Source: Nitrospira sp.
GTDB lineage: Bacteria; Nitrospirota; Nitrospiria; Nitrospirales; Nitrospiraceae
Assembly (NCBI GenBank): GCA_047150005.1
Contig: AP038806.1
Coordinates: 1,440,001-1,504,000, forward strand
Direction of reading: 5' to 3'
Length of the DNA: 64,000 bases
In this document: in pieces, positions 39,728-47,436 of the stretch
Position numbering within the stretch: position 1 is the first letter of the stretch
Layout: each line of letters begins with the position of its first letter
The notes under the pieces: generated by a model
Seen by the model: the letters and a program-made list of their open reading frames with translations, nothing else
Database searches by the model: none
Told to the model about the DNA's origin: nothing
Position numbers and translations under genes: made by a program

Positions 39728-41034
39728 CAGGCAGCGCGCTGATACCATGGCTGCTTGCCGGCCTTCCTTTGCTTGGGGCGCTCGCCTGCCTGCCCTTCCG
39801 CTCGGATCCGGAACGGCTGAAACGGTCCTCCGTCGCCTGGGCCGTGATCAGCCTCGCCTCGGTCGCTGGATTGGCCGACCGGATCGATCTGCCCCCGGAA
39901 GGACTGTTGCCGCTCTACTTGCTGCCATTGGCCGCCACGATTTCGATTTTGGGCCAACCGGTTCATGACCAGCACCGGTTGTCGTGGATCTTGACATTGG
40001 TGTGTCTCGGACTCGGCTTGTCGGCCCTGAGCAACCCGCGGCCGATCGCCCTCTTGAGCGTGACGCTCCTTTTGGCACTGATTGCGGGGTTGCTCTACCG
40101 TCACCACAGCGCGCTCTGGCCCAGGTCCTGGTGGGGCATCGGCGCCTACGGCTTCGCCGCCTTATGTGCCGCCGTGTCGGCCGCCGCGGACGCTCCGTTG
40201 TCATCGGTCGCCTCCCTGCTTGCCGGCGCGGTCTTGCTTCCCCTCGTACCCTTTCACGATGGTTACCTGACGGCGCTGACGCGGTTGCCGGGCAGCCTGC
40301 CCTCGTTCATCGTCGTCCTACTCCCGGTCACCGGTCTCCACCAACTTGCGGCTGCCCTGCCCACGGTTCCGGACACCGTGGCCTGGACCGTGAGTTTCTT
40401 CGCCCTGGTAGGTGCCGCATACGGCGCGCTCAAGGCCTTGGCGCAGTCCCGGGTCCGACTCCTTCTGGCCTACGGCAGTCTCTCGTTCCTTTCCATCTTC
40501 TGGTGGTTCGCTGCCGCCTCGCGAACGGCGACGCCCCGGGCCGCGCTCCTGGTCGGGACGGTAGGTCTGGCGACCAGCGGGCTCATGGTCGCCTGGCAGG
40601 TCGTCCGCACCAGATACGGCGACGACGTGGACCCGCAAGCGATCAGCGGCCTGGCGACCGGCATGCCGCAATATGCGGTCTTGCTGTCCTTGCTCGCGCT
40701 GGCGGCGATGGGCCTGCCACCCTTCGGTGTGTTTGCCGGATTTATGGGGCTGCTGCTGAACTCGCCGTTTCCTTCCTTGGCCGGCCTGTTCGTCACACTT
40801 CTGGCATGGCTCGCCGCGTCCTGGTACATCATGCAGATGGTGCAGCAGGTGCTCTTCGGCGTTCGACGGCCCGAACTGCGATACACCGATCTGCTCCGCG
40901 CCGAGTTGGCTTCGCTGTTGATCGTCGTGCTGGTCCTGCTCGCGTTGGGGCTGGCACCGTCGACCCTCTTCGCCTCCGACCAATCCCGGATCGGGACCGT
41001 CACCATCGGAGAATTGTCCACGTGGAATCGGTAG
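39724..41034 (+). CDS. Divergent NuoM (ND4)-like membrane subunit
   Basis: Start MTGSALIPW (ATGA overlap); PLVPFH, LLAYGSLS, GLA..MP, LAAMGLPPFG.F echo NuoM; highly hydrophobic. Confidence 0.8.
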   Translation: MTGSALIPWLLAGLPLLGALACLPFRSDPERLKRSSVAWAVISLASVAGLADRIDLPPEGLLPLYLLPLAATISILGQPVHDQHRLSWILTLVCLGLGLSALSNPRPIALLSVTLLLALIAGLLYRHHSALWPRSWWGIGAYGFAALCAAVSAAADAPLSSVASLLAGAVLLPLVPFHDGYLTALTRLPGSLPSFIVVLLPVTGLHQLAAALPTVPDTVAWTVSFFALVGAAYGALKALAQSRVRLLLAYGSLSFLSIFWWFAAASRTATPRAALLVGTVGLATSGLMVAWQVVRTRYGDDVDPQAISGLATGMPQYAVLLSLLALAAMGLPPFGVFAGFMGLLLNSPFPSLAGLFVTLLAWLAASWYIMQMVQQVLFGVRRPELRYTDLLRAELASLLIVVLVLLALGLAPSTLFASDQSRIGTVTIGELSTWNR

Positions 41035-44000
41035 ATCGTGCGACCGACATCGAATCGAGACGGATGGAATTGCGCGGGGTCGTTCGCCTCGCCGGAGAAG
41101 TCATCGCGCAATATTGGCCGATGCGGACGTTCGTGCATCACAATCCGCTCCACAGTCTCGAATACCTTCCCTTCGAGGAAACGGTCCGGCGCGGCAAGCA
41201 ATTCATGGGCGGGAACGGCTATCTTCCCGGCGAACTGTATCGCCACTACGTCCGATCGGGACGGATCCGCCCCGAACACCTGGATGAGGCCTTGGGCCCG
41301 CTGACGCAAGATGCCGGTGTCGCGATCGGCGCCCGCACCGTCCCGCACCGCGAGGTGCTGCGCGCCTGTCTGACAGAGGGACTGGGATCGCCCGCCGTCG
41401 AACCTCTCGACAGCCAGTTGCCCGATCCCTCCCATGTTCTGATCGAACGGCTCGCGACTCGCCTGGAGTCCGTGCTCACGTATCCGGACCTCCGGACGCG
41501 GATACGCGCCATCGTGGAGGCCGATGAAGCCGCGTTGGGGCGATGGCTCACCCTGTCGCACTGGTGCGACGATACGTTGGGTACGCGGATCGTCCGCCAG
41601 ATCAACGACCAACTCATTAAATGGTGCGAAGCCTTCCTCGACGAGGGACACGCGACCTGGGCCATGCCCGAACGCGAGAAGGGTCTGTACCAGGCGTGGA
41701 AGACGATTGCCGCGCATGAATGGTCGCCCTGCGGGATTGCCGACAGCGGCCGGAAGATCGCCGCCCTCCCCGATCATCCCGAGGATGCCCTGCTGGAGAG
41801 CCTCGATACACTGGGCATCCCGTCCGACCTCCGTCAGGATTATCTCTCCCTCCAATTGACCGCCCTCCCGGGCTGGGCCGGTTTCATCAAGTGGCGCGGC
41901 GAAGAACGAGATTATCCCTGGCAACAGGCGTATCCGGCCGGGCTCGTGAAGTTCCTGGCCATCCGTCTCTGGTACGCGCGCGAGCTCGTCCAGAAAGCCT
42001 GCCGCACCGAACTCGGTATCGACGGTCGCTACGAGGCGGTGACCGAATACATGCGCAGCCATCCGGAAGAGTACTATTTGCGGAAGCAACGGGTCGCGGG
42101 GCGATTACCGGCCCTGTATGCGGAAGAGGTCGATCGCCTCGCCCACCAGAGAGGCAACGGATGGAAGGCGGTGCTCGATCGCTACCACATCGACGTGGTT
42201 CCCCGACAGGCATCGGCCGCCCGCCGGGGCGCGGCCAGAACGTTGCTGACCCTGACGCAATCGCTGGGTCTCGACCCGGAGCAGCTCGTCGCCACCCCTC
42301 CCGATGCACTGAAACAGCTTGTCCAATGGATTGAGGCCTTTCCGGAGTCCGCTCATGGCCCGGTCTGGCTCAAGGCTTTTGAAGCGGGCTATCAGGAATC
42401 GCTAATTGGGAAACTCGCGCGAAACGCGCGTGAGGGGGAGGCTCCGCTGGCTTCGCCAGCGGAGGGGGCGACGCGAGCCCCTATGATCAGTCGGCCCTAC
42501 TCGCAGTCGGTCTACTGCATCGACGTGCGATCCGAACCGTTCCGCCGGCACTTGGAATCGACCGGCGCGCACGACACCTACGGCTTCGCCGGCTTCTTCG
42601 CCGCGTTCATCCGGTTCCGGGCTTGGGGAAAAGAACACGACACGGAACAGTTCCCCGTCATCATGCGCGCCAAGAACGAGGTGCGGGAGATCCCACGCAG
42701 CTATCTTGATCACAAGGTCTCCACTCATGAGGCCCGGACGAAATGGGTCCATGCCGGCCACACACTGCTCCACGATCTCAAGGAAAACGTGGTCACGCCC
42801 TACGTCATGGTGGAATCGCTGGGATGGGTCTACGCGATTCCCATTTTCAGCAAGACCTTGTGGCCGTCCCTCTACCGTCGATGGACGTCCTGGCTGCGGC
42901 GGCTGTTCGTCCCGTCCATCGCGACGACGCTGACCGTCGGCAAGATGGCCCCCGACGAAACCGCCGAGATGCTGGCGGCGCAGCAGCAAGCCAGGATCAG
43001 GACCGCGCTCGAAGAACATACAGGGCTGCGCAAGTCCCGCATCACGCCCGCGCTCGTCGAGGGCCTGCGGCAACGGGCGCTGAGCGGCGCGGGAGAAGCC
43101 AATCCGGTCCTCCTGGACGCGGCGACACAGGCGGGACTCACCGCGGAAACGTTCGACCGGCTCGTCGGACTCCTGCAGCGGCAGTACGGCATCAGCGCAC
43201 GCTCCGCCTCCCATCAGCGGGAACGGATCACGCGTACCGGGTTCACAACGGATGAACAGGTCCTGACGGTGGACACAGCGTTGCGGATGATGGGTCTGAC
43301 GAAGAATTTCGCAAGGCTGGTGCTGTTTTGCGCGCATAGCAGCACGTCCGACAACAATCCCTATGAATCCGCGCTCGATTGCGGGGCCTGCGGCGGCAAT
43401 GAAGGCAAGCCCAATGCGCGGGTCCTGGCCATGATGGCGAACAATCGGACGGTGCGAGAACGCCTGGCCAAGAACGGCCTCGACATCCCGTCCGACACCC
43501 ATTTCCTGGCCGGCCAGATGGATACCACGACCGACCACGTCACGCTGTTCGACCTGGAAGACGTGCCACCGACCCACCGTGCCGATCTGGCCCGGTTGCA
43601 GGAAGACCTCCAGGAGGCGGCCGAACTGACGAGCCAGGAACGGTGCGCGCGCTTTCCCGACCTCGAGCCGCCGCCTGCGGGACAGCAAGCGGTCGCGCAC
43701 GTGCGAAGGCGCAGCGCGGACTGGAGCCAGGTCCGTCCGGAATGGGGGCTCTCAGGCAATACGGCCATCATCTTCGGTCGCCGGGAGTTGACCAAGGGCC
43801 TCGATCTCGAGGGCCGGGTCTTCCTCCATTCCTACGACTATCGGGAAGATCCGTCCAATCGCCTGCTGGAGGTGCTGCTGACCGCGCCGCAGGTCGTGGC
43901 GCAGTGGATCAACATGGAGCATTATTTTTCCACCACCGACAACGAGGTCTACGGGAGCGGGAGCAAGATTTACCACAATGTCGTCGCGCGACTGGGGATC

Positions 44001-44258
44001 ATGTCGGGACCCTGGAGCGATCTTCGTTTGGGGCTCGCGCGGCAGACCGTCATGGATGGCGACCTGCCCTACCACGAGCCGATGCGGCTGCTGACCATCG
44101 TCGAGGCGCCGCGCGGACGCATCGACAAACTGATCGGACGGCACGAGGTGCTGCAGCACTTCTACCGCAATGAATGGGTCCATCTCGTCGCGCTCGATCC
44201 CGAGGATGCGGTATGGTATCGGTATCGCCCCACGGGGGCATGGTATGCGATCGAATAG
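41022..44258 (+). CDS. dabA: DabA/MpsB (DUF2309/UPF0753) beta-carbonic-anhydrase-like subunit of inorganic carbon pump
   Basis: WPMRTFVHHNPL, LPGWAGFIKW, YCIDVRSEPFRRHLE, GFAGFF, HSSTSDNNPY.SALDCGAC, DWSQVRPEWGL, FLHSYD, QWINMEHYFS, HEPMRL; Zn-ligand candidates C,D,H,C present. Confidence 0.93.
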   Translation: MESVDRATDIESRRMELRGVVRLAGEVIAQYWPMRTFVHHNPLHSLEYLPFEETVRRGKQFMGGNGYLPGELYRHYVRSGRIRPEHLDEALGPLTQDAGVAIGARTVPHREVLRACLTEGLGSPAVEPLDSQLPDPSHVLIERLATRLESVLTYPDLRTRIRAIVEADEAALGRWLTLSHWCDDTLGTRIVRQINDQLIKWCEAFLDEGHATWAMPEREKGLYQAWKTIAAHEWSPCGIADSGRKIAALPDHPEDALLESLDTLGIPSDLRQDYLSLQLTALPGWAGFIKWRGEERDYPWQQAYPAGLVKFLAIRLWYARELVQKACRTELGIDGRYEAVTEYMRSHPEEYYLRKQRVAGRLPALYAEEVDRLAHQRGNGWKAVLDRYHIDVVPRQASAARRGAARTLLTLTQSLGLDPEQLVATPPDALKQLVQWIEAFPESAHGPVWLKAFEAGYQESLIGKLARNAREGEAPLASPAEGATRAPMISRPYSQSVYCIDVRSEPFRRHLESTGAHDTYGFAGFFAAFIRFRAWGKEHDTEQFPVIMRAKNEVREIPRSYLDHKVSTHEARTKWVHAGHTLLHDLKENVVTPYVMVESLGWVYAIPIFSKTLWPSLYRRWTSWLRRLFVPSIATTLTVGKMAPDETAEMLAAQQQARIRTALEEHTGLRKSRITPALVEGLRQRALSGAGEANPVLLDAATQAGLTAETFDRLVGLLQRQYGISARSASHQRERITRTGFTTDEQVLTVDTALRMMGLTKNFARLVLFCAHSSTSDNNPYESALDCGACGGNEGKPNARVLAMMANNRTVRERLAKNGLDIPSDTHFLAGQMDTTTDHVTLFDLEDVPPTHRADLARLQEDLQEAAELTSQERCARFPDLEPPPAGQQAVAHVRRRSADWSQVRPEWGLSGNTAIIFGRRELTKGLDLEGRVFLHSYDYREDPSNRLLEVLLTAPQVVAQWINMEHYFSTTDNEVYGSGSKIYHNVVARLGIMSGPWSDLRLGLARQTVMDGDLPYHEPMRLLTIVEAPRGRIDKLIGRHEVLQHFYRNEWVHLVALDPEDAVWYRYRPTGAWYAIE

Positions 44259-44312
44259 GGAAGAAACTATAGCCGTAACCTTCTGAATGAAGGCCGGGAA
44301 AGGAGACGTAAG

Positions 44313-44654
44313 ATGGGCGGGCTAGTCCTGCATCCGATGAAGGAAATTCGTGTGATCGTCGCCGGGGACCATCGGGCTTTCGTGACGGAATTGCTCGACC
44401 GTGTCAATGCAACCGGCTATACCATCATCGGCAACGTGTCGGGCAAGGGCCATCATGGGGTGCGTGAAGCGCACTTCATGTTCAGCGAGCAGGAAAGTCT
44501 GGAGATGATCATGACGGTGGTGCCCGAAGACAAGGTCGAGCCGATTCTGGCCGGCCTCAGGCCGTTGTTCGAACGGCACTCCGGCGTCATGTTCGTGGCC
44601 GACGTGGCGGTCAGCCGGCAGGAGTACTTCGGCAAGAAGAACAAAAGTTCCTGA
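44313..44654 (+). CDS. P-II superfamily regulator, SbtB-like
   Basis: MKEIRVIV, ATGYTII..VSGKGHHG, SGVMFVADVAV; AAGGAG RBS; directly downstream of dabA. Confidence 0.85.
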   Translation: MGGLVLHPMKEIRVIVAGDHRAFVTELLDRVNATGYTIIGNVSGKGHHGVREAHFMFSEQESLEMIMTVVPEDKVEPILAGLRPLFERHSGVMFVADVAVSRQEYFGKKNKSS

Positions 44655-44678
44655 CCGGTCGCCGCCTCCGTTCCGGCC

Positions 44679-44708
44679 TTGTCTTTCCCGTGACGGATTG
44701 TCTAGAAT
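44679..44708 (+). promoter_or_regulatory. Putative sigma70 promoter
   Basis: TTGTCT-N18-TAGAAT upstream of 44738. Confidence 0.45.
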
Positions 44709-44737
44709 GGCGGTCCGTCCACGGTCAGGAGTCTATC

Positions 44738-45007
44738 GTGAAGGGTTTGCGGTTCGAACGAATCGGGCAAGGGCGTTATTACAACGTCGTGTTCCACCTG
44801 GGCAGTACGTATGTCCCGGTCAGCGACGAGACCATCGACGAACTCAAGGCCCAAAGTCTGCTTCCTGCCGAGCGGTTTCTCGACCTGCTGCTCGACCGCG
44901 TCGGCTATTCCTCCTACCTCAAGGATCAGATCCGGACTGAACTCAAGAGCTCCGGCGATCCGGTGACGCAGATTACGGTCCTCCAGGGCGCCATCCGCGA
45001 ACTGTAG
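44738..45007 (+). CDS. Small hypothetical protein
   Basis: GTG after AGGAG; MKGLRFERIGQGRYYNVVFHLG...; host-like codon usage. Confidence 0.7.
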   Translation: MKGLRFERIGQGRYYNVVFHLGSTYVPVSDETIDELKAQSLLPAERFLDLLLDRVGYSSYLKDQIRTELKSSGDPVTQITVLQGAIREL

Positions 45008-45011
45008 TCAA

Positions 45012-45126
45012 GCGTTGAAAAACGCCGCTCGCTTTGTTCTCGCTTCACTCAAAGGCTCAACGTATCAGCAAACATACGCCTCGCCTTCTCGCTCGCTGCG
45101 GCCTCGCTGGCGACGCTTTTGAACGC
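45012..45126. repeat. Palindromic MITE/REP-like element
   Basis: Imperfect terminal inverted repeats GCGTTGAAAAACG / CGCTTTTGAACGC (11/13) with inner stem CGTAT/ATACG; non-coding. Confidence 0.55.
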
Positions 45127-45189
45127 CTGCGAAGCAGGAGGGTAAGGTCGGCTCAATTGTCAAATTGTTCTCATTCGAATGGTTTCATA

Positions 45190-45218
45190 TTGACTTACCT
45201 AGGTTAGTAGAGTAAGTT
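45190..45218 (+). promoter_or_regulatory. Putative promoter with overlapping inverted-repeat operator
   Basis: TTGACT-N17-TAAGTT; ACTTAC (45193-98) ... GTAAGT (45212-17); central palindrome ACCTAGGT. Confidence 0.55.
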
Positions 45219-45226
45219 TTCTGACC

Positions 45227-45439
45227 ATGACGTTTCCCAATGACCGCAAGCGCCGAAAGACATTCCCTCTTGAAATGGACGACGAACTGCACAAGGCCCT
45301 AAAGTATAAAGCCATCGAATCCGATCAGACTCTTCACGCGTATATAATTCAAACGCTTCTGTCGAAGGTGCGAGAAGAGCCAGCCCAATATGTTCCGTCC
45401 AGCCGACAAGCTGTGAATCGTGGTGGGAGAAAAAAATGA
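45227..45439 (+). CDS. Ribbon-helix-helix DNA-binding protein (candidate R-M regulator)
   Basis: RKTFPLEMDDELHKALKYKAIESDQTLHAYIIQTL; ATGA overlap with the methyltransferase. Confidence 0.75.
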   Translation: MTFPNDRKRRKTFPLEMDDELHKALKYKAIESDQTLHAYIIQTLLSKVREEPAQYVPSSRQAVNRGGRKK

Positions 45440-46326
45440 GCGCGCCGTACGTCAATGGCACGTCAGTGTGGCCTCTTAGGTGCTCGGACAATGAACCGGT
45501 TCAAATTGTCAGTGGCGATGTTAGGGATAAGTTGTCAGCTTTGCCTGATGATACAGTCCATTGTTGTGTCACATCTCCGCCCTATTGGGGGATGCGGGAT
45601 TATGGATATCGCGGCCAAATTGGAGCTGAAAGTACCGTAGAAGAATACATTGCCGACTTGGTCGATTGTTTTAGGGAAGTGCGCCGCGTGCTAAGGCCTG
45701 ATGGTACGTTTTGGCTTAACATCGGAAACACTTATACATCGGGGGGGCGGGGGTGGCGTGATAAGGACGTGAAGAATCAAGGACGGGCCATGTCATATCG
45801 TCCCGATACGCCAAAAGGGCTGAAGCCTAAGGACCTAATCGGAGTGGCCTGGATGCTTGCAATGTCTCTTCAGCGCGATGGCTGGTACCTTCGCTCTGAT
45901 ATCATTTGGCACAAGCCGAACTGTCAGCCAGAATCAGTCAAAGATCGAGTAACTGTCTCGCATGAATATCTGTTTATGTTTTCGAAGAGCGAGAATTACT
46001 ACTTCGACCAGGATGCCATAAAGGAACCTACAGCCGACGGGAAAGGACGGAAAAATAAGCGGACGGTTTGGCAGATCAACACCGAAGCGTGTAAGGAAGC
46101 TCACTTTGCTGTCTTCCCACGTGCGCTGGTCCGCCCATGCATTCTGGCAGGATCTCCCAAGGGGGGCGTAGTGCTTGACCCGTTCTTAGGCAGCGGGACC
46201 GTGGGAATAGTCGCACTTGAAACGGGTCGCAAATGTATAGGAATTGAGGTGAAAAGTGCTTATATAAATATCGCAAAAGAAAGGCTGCAAGGCATCGCGC
46301 CAGCGCTCTTTACAGATTTGTTGTAG
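45436..46326 (+). CDS. Site-specific DNA methyltransferase, beta class, probably N4-cytosine (M.SmaI-like)
   Basis: VTSPPYWG catalytic motif N-terminal; VLDPFLGSGT SAM motif C-terminal; KPKDLIG, PESVKDR, HFAVFP. Confidence 0.92.
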   Translation: MSAPYVNGTSVWPLRCSDNEPVQIVSGDVRDKLSALPDDTVHCCVTSPPYWGMRDYGYRGQIGAESTVEEYIADLVDCFREVRRVLRPDGTFWLNIGNTYTSGGRGWRDKDVKNQGRAMSYRPDTPKGLKPKDLIGVAWMLAMSLQRDGWYLRSDIIWHKPNCQPESVKDRVTVSHEYLFMFSKSENYYFDQDAIKEPTADGKGRKNKRTVWQINTEACKEAHFAVFPRALVRPCILAGSPKGGVVLDPFLGSGTVGIVALETGRKCIGIEVKSAYINIAKERLQGIAPALFTDLL

Positions 46327-47080
46327 GTTGATCGAACTTCCATGACGCGTGAAATACACACAGATCCTTGCCCAAGGCTTTGATCTGTAATTTTCTTTCG
46401 CCCCCTCCATCAAAATACAATGCGAATAGAATCTTTCCTTTCTCCTCTACATAGCAGTATCCTGGTTTCGGATACTGACTGCTATCTTTCACCATTTCAC
46501 ATCGGCCATTAACAACCTTTTCGAGAAGTGCCTTGGGAACCTCGATCAGCTCGTAAAGCCAATCGGGCGTTCCTTTTCTTAGTGCACGTAGAATAAGGAT
46601 TCTATTGATTCGGCTCAAAACAGTAAGAAACTGATCCCTCAACCCAATCAGGTCCGCCGGATCGTCTCCCCATTGCCCACCGCCTAGTTCCATAAACTTT
46701 GAGATGTGAATAGTGTCTAAACGAATGGCCTTGGCCGCTTCTGTCTTGAGCGAAAAATGTTCTCCCCCGATACATATGTCGTAGCCCCGCTGCCCACGTG
46801 CTGCCAGATTTGCATTGATACCAGCTGTTTTGAGCACATTTTCCAGAGCGTACTCAAACTTGTCCTTGGAGAATGGCTCGCGAGAAAAGCAATGATGAAG
46901 ACGCAGCACATCGCCGAAATCTTCTAATACACGCTCAGAGATAAGACCCAAACCTTCGCTTTTCCTATACTCTTTGGGAAGAGAAAAGACGCTGACGATG
47001 AGATCAATTAGCTGCAGCCTGTAGTCTGAGAGTTCCTGGATGGCAGTGATTAGTCGCGCTAGTCGCTCCTGTCGGCTCAT
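46310..47080 (-). CDS. Type II restriction endonuclease, SmaI-like
   Basis: SLKTEAAK, IHISKFMELG, PKPGY, LYFDGGGERKLQIK match R.SmaI as recalled; convergent with and overlapping the MTase; AT-richer DNA. Confidence 0.8.
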   Translation of the reverse strand: MSRQERLARLITAIQELSDYRLQLIDLIVSVFSLPKEYRKSEGLGLISERVLEDFGDVLRLHHCFSREPFSKDKFEYALENVLKTAGINANLAARGQRGYDICIGGEHFSLKTEAAKAIRLDTIHISKFMELGGGQWGDDPADLIGLRDQFLTVLSRINRILILRALRKGTPDWLYELIEVPKALLEKVVNGRCEMVKDSSQYPKPGYCYVEEKGKILFALYFDGGGERKLQIKALGKDLCVFHASWKFDQPTTNL

Positions 47081-47187
47081 AGGTTAACGGAATCTCCAAA
47101 GGTCAAATGTCCTTCCGCCGTGCAGGACCACCATTCGGTCAGGAATTCCGTTCTTCTTCTCTGTAGATTCGTATCGGTCACGATCAT
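47077..47187 (-). pseudogene. Truncated VapC/PIN toxin stub (36-codon mini-ORF)
   Basis: Starts MIVTDTNL (typical PIN N-terminus) overlapping the antitoxin stop (ATGA), then diverges; its TGA overlaps the REase ATG. Confidence 0.55.
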
Positions 47188-47423
47188 GACCGGCGGGCCG
47201 CCTTGAGTCCGTCGAGGATGCGATCGGTCAGTTTTATTCTTGGGGTCCGGCGAATGGCCCGCGCCCGCCCCAGCAATGCTTCCGTATCGACAGGAATACT
47301 ATGCGTCATCTGTTCGAGATAAGAGATGACCTGAGAATTCAAACTCCGTCTGTGGACGGCTGCTTGTTGCCTGAGTCTTTTGACCAACGGCTCCGGAATA
47401 TTCTTGATCGTTAAGGTGGTCAC
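47184..47423 (-). CDS. Arc/FitA-like RHH antitoxin
   Basis: MTTLTIKNIPEPLVKRLRQQAAVHRRSLNSQVISYLE. Confidence 0.85.
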   Translation of the reverse strand: MTTLTIKNIPEPLVKRLRQQAAVHRRSLNSQVISYLEQMTHSIPVDTEALLGRARAIRRTPRIKLTDRILDGLKAARRS

Positions 47424-47436
47424 GGCGGAATCTTTG

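Noticed and set aside
39166..41021. ORF-track N-terminal extensions making DabA 1424 aa and the NuoM-like protein 622 aa (likewise for TldE, LeuD, HisS, CorA)
   Set aside because: The extensions overlap upstream genes in another frame or read as low-complexity Arg/Pro/Gly text; better starts with RBS or stop-start overlap exist, so they are not real fusions
36249..41034. Interpretation as a respiratory complex I (nuoLM) or Mrp antiporter operon
   Set aside because: No other nuo or mrp subunits nearby, and direct linkage to DUF2309 points to a DAB/MpsAB system
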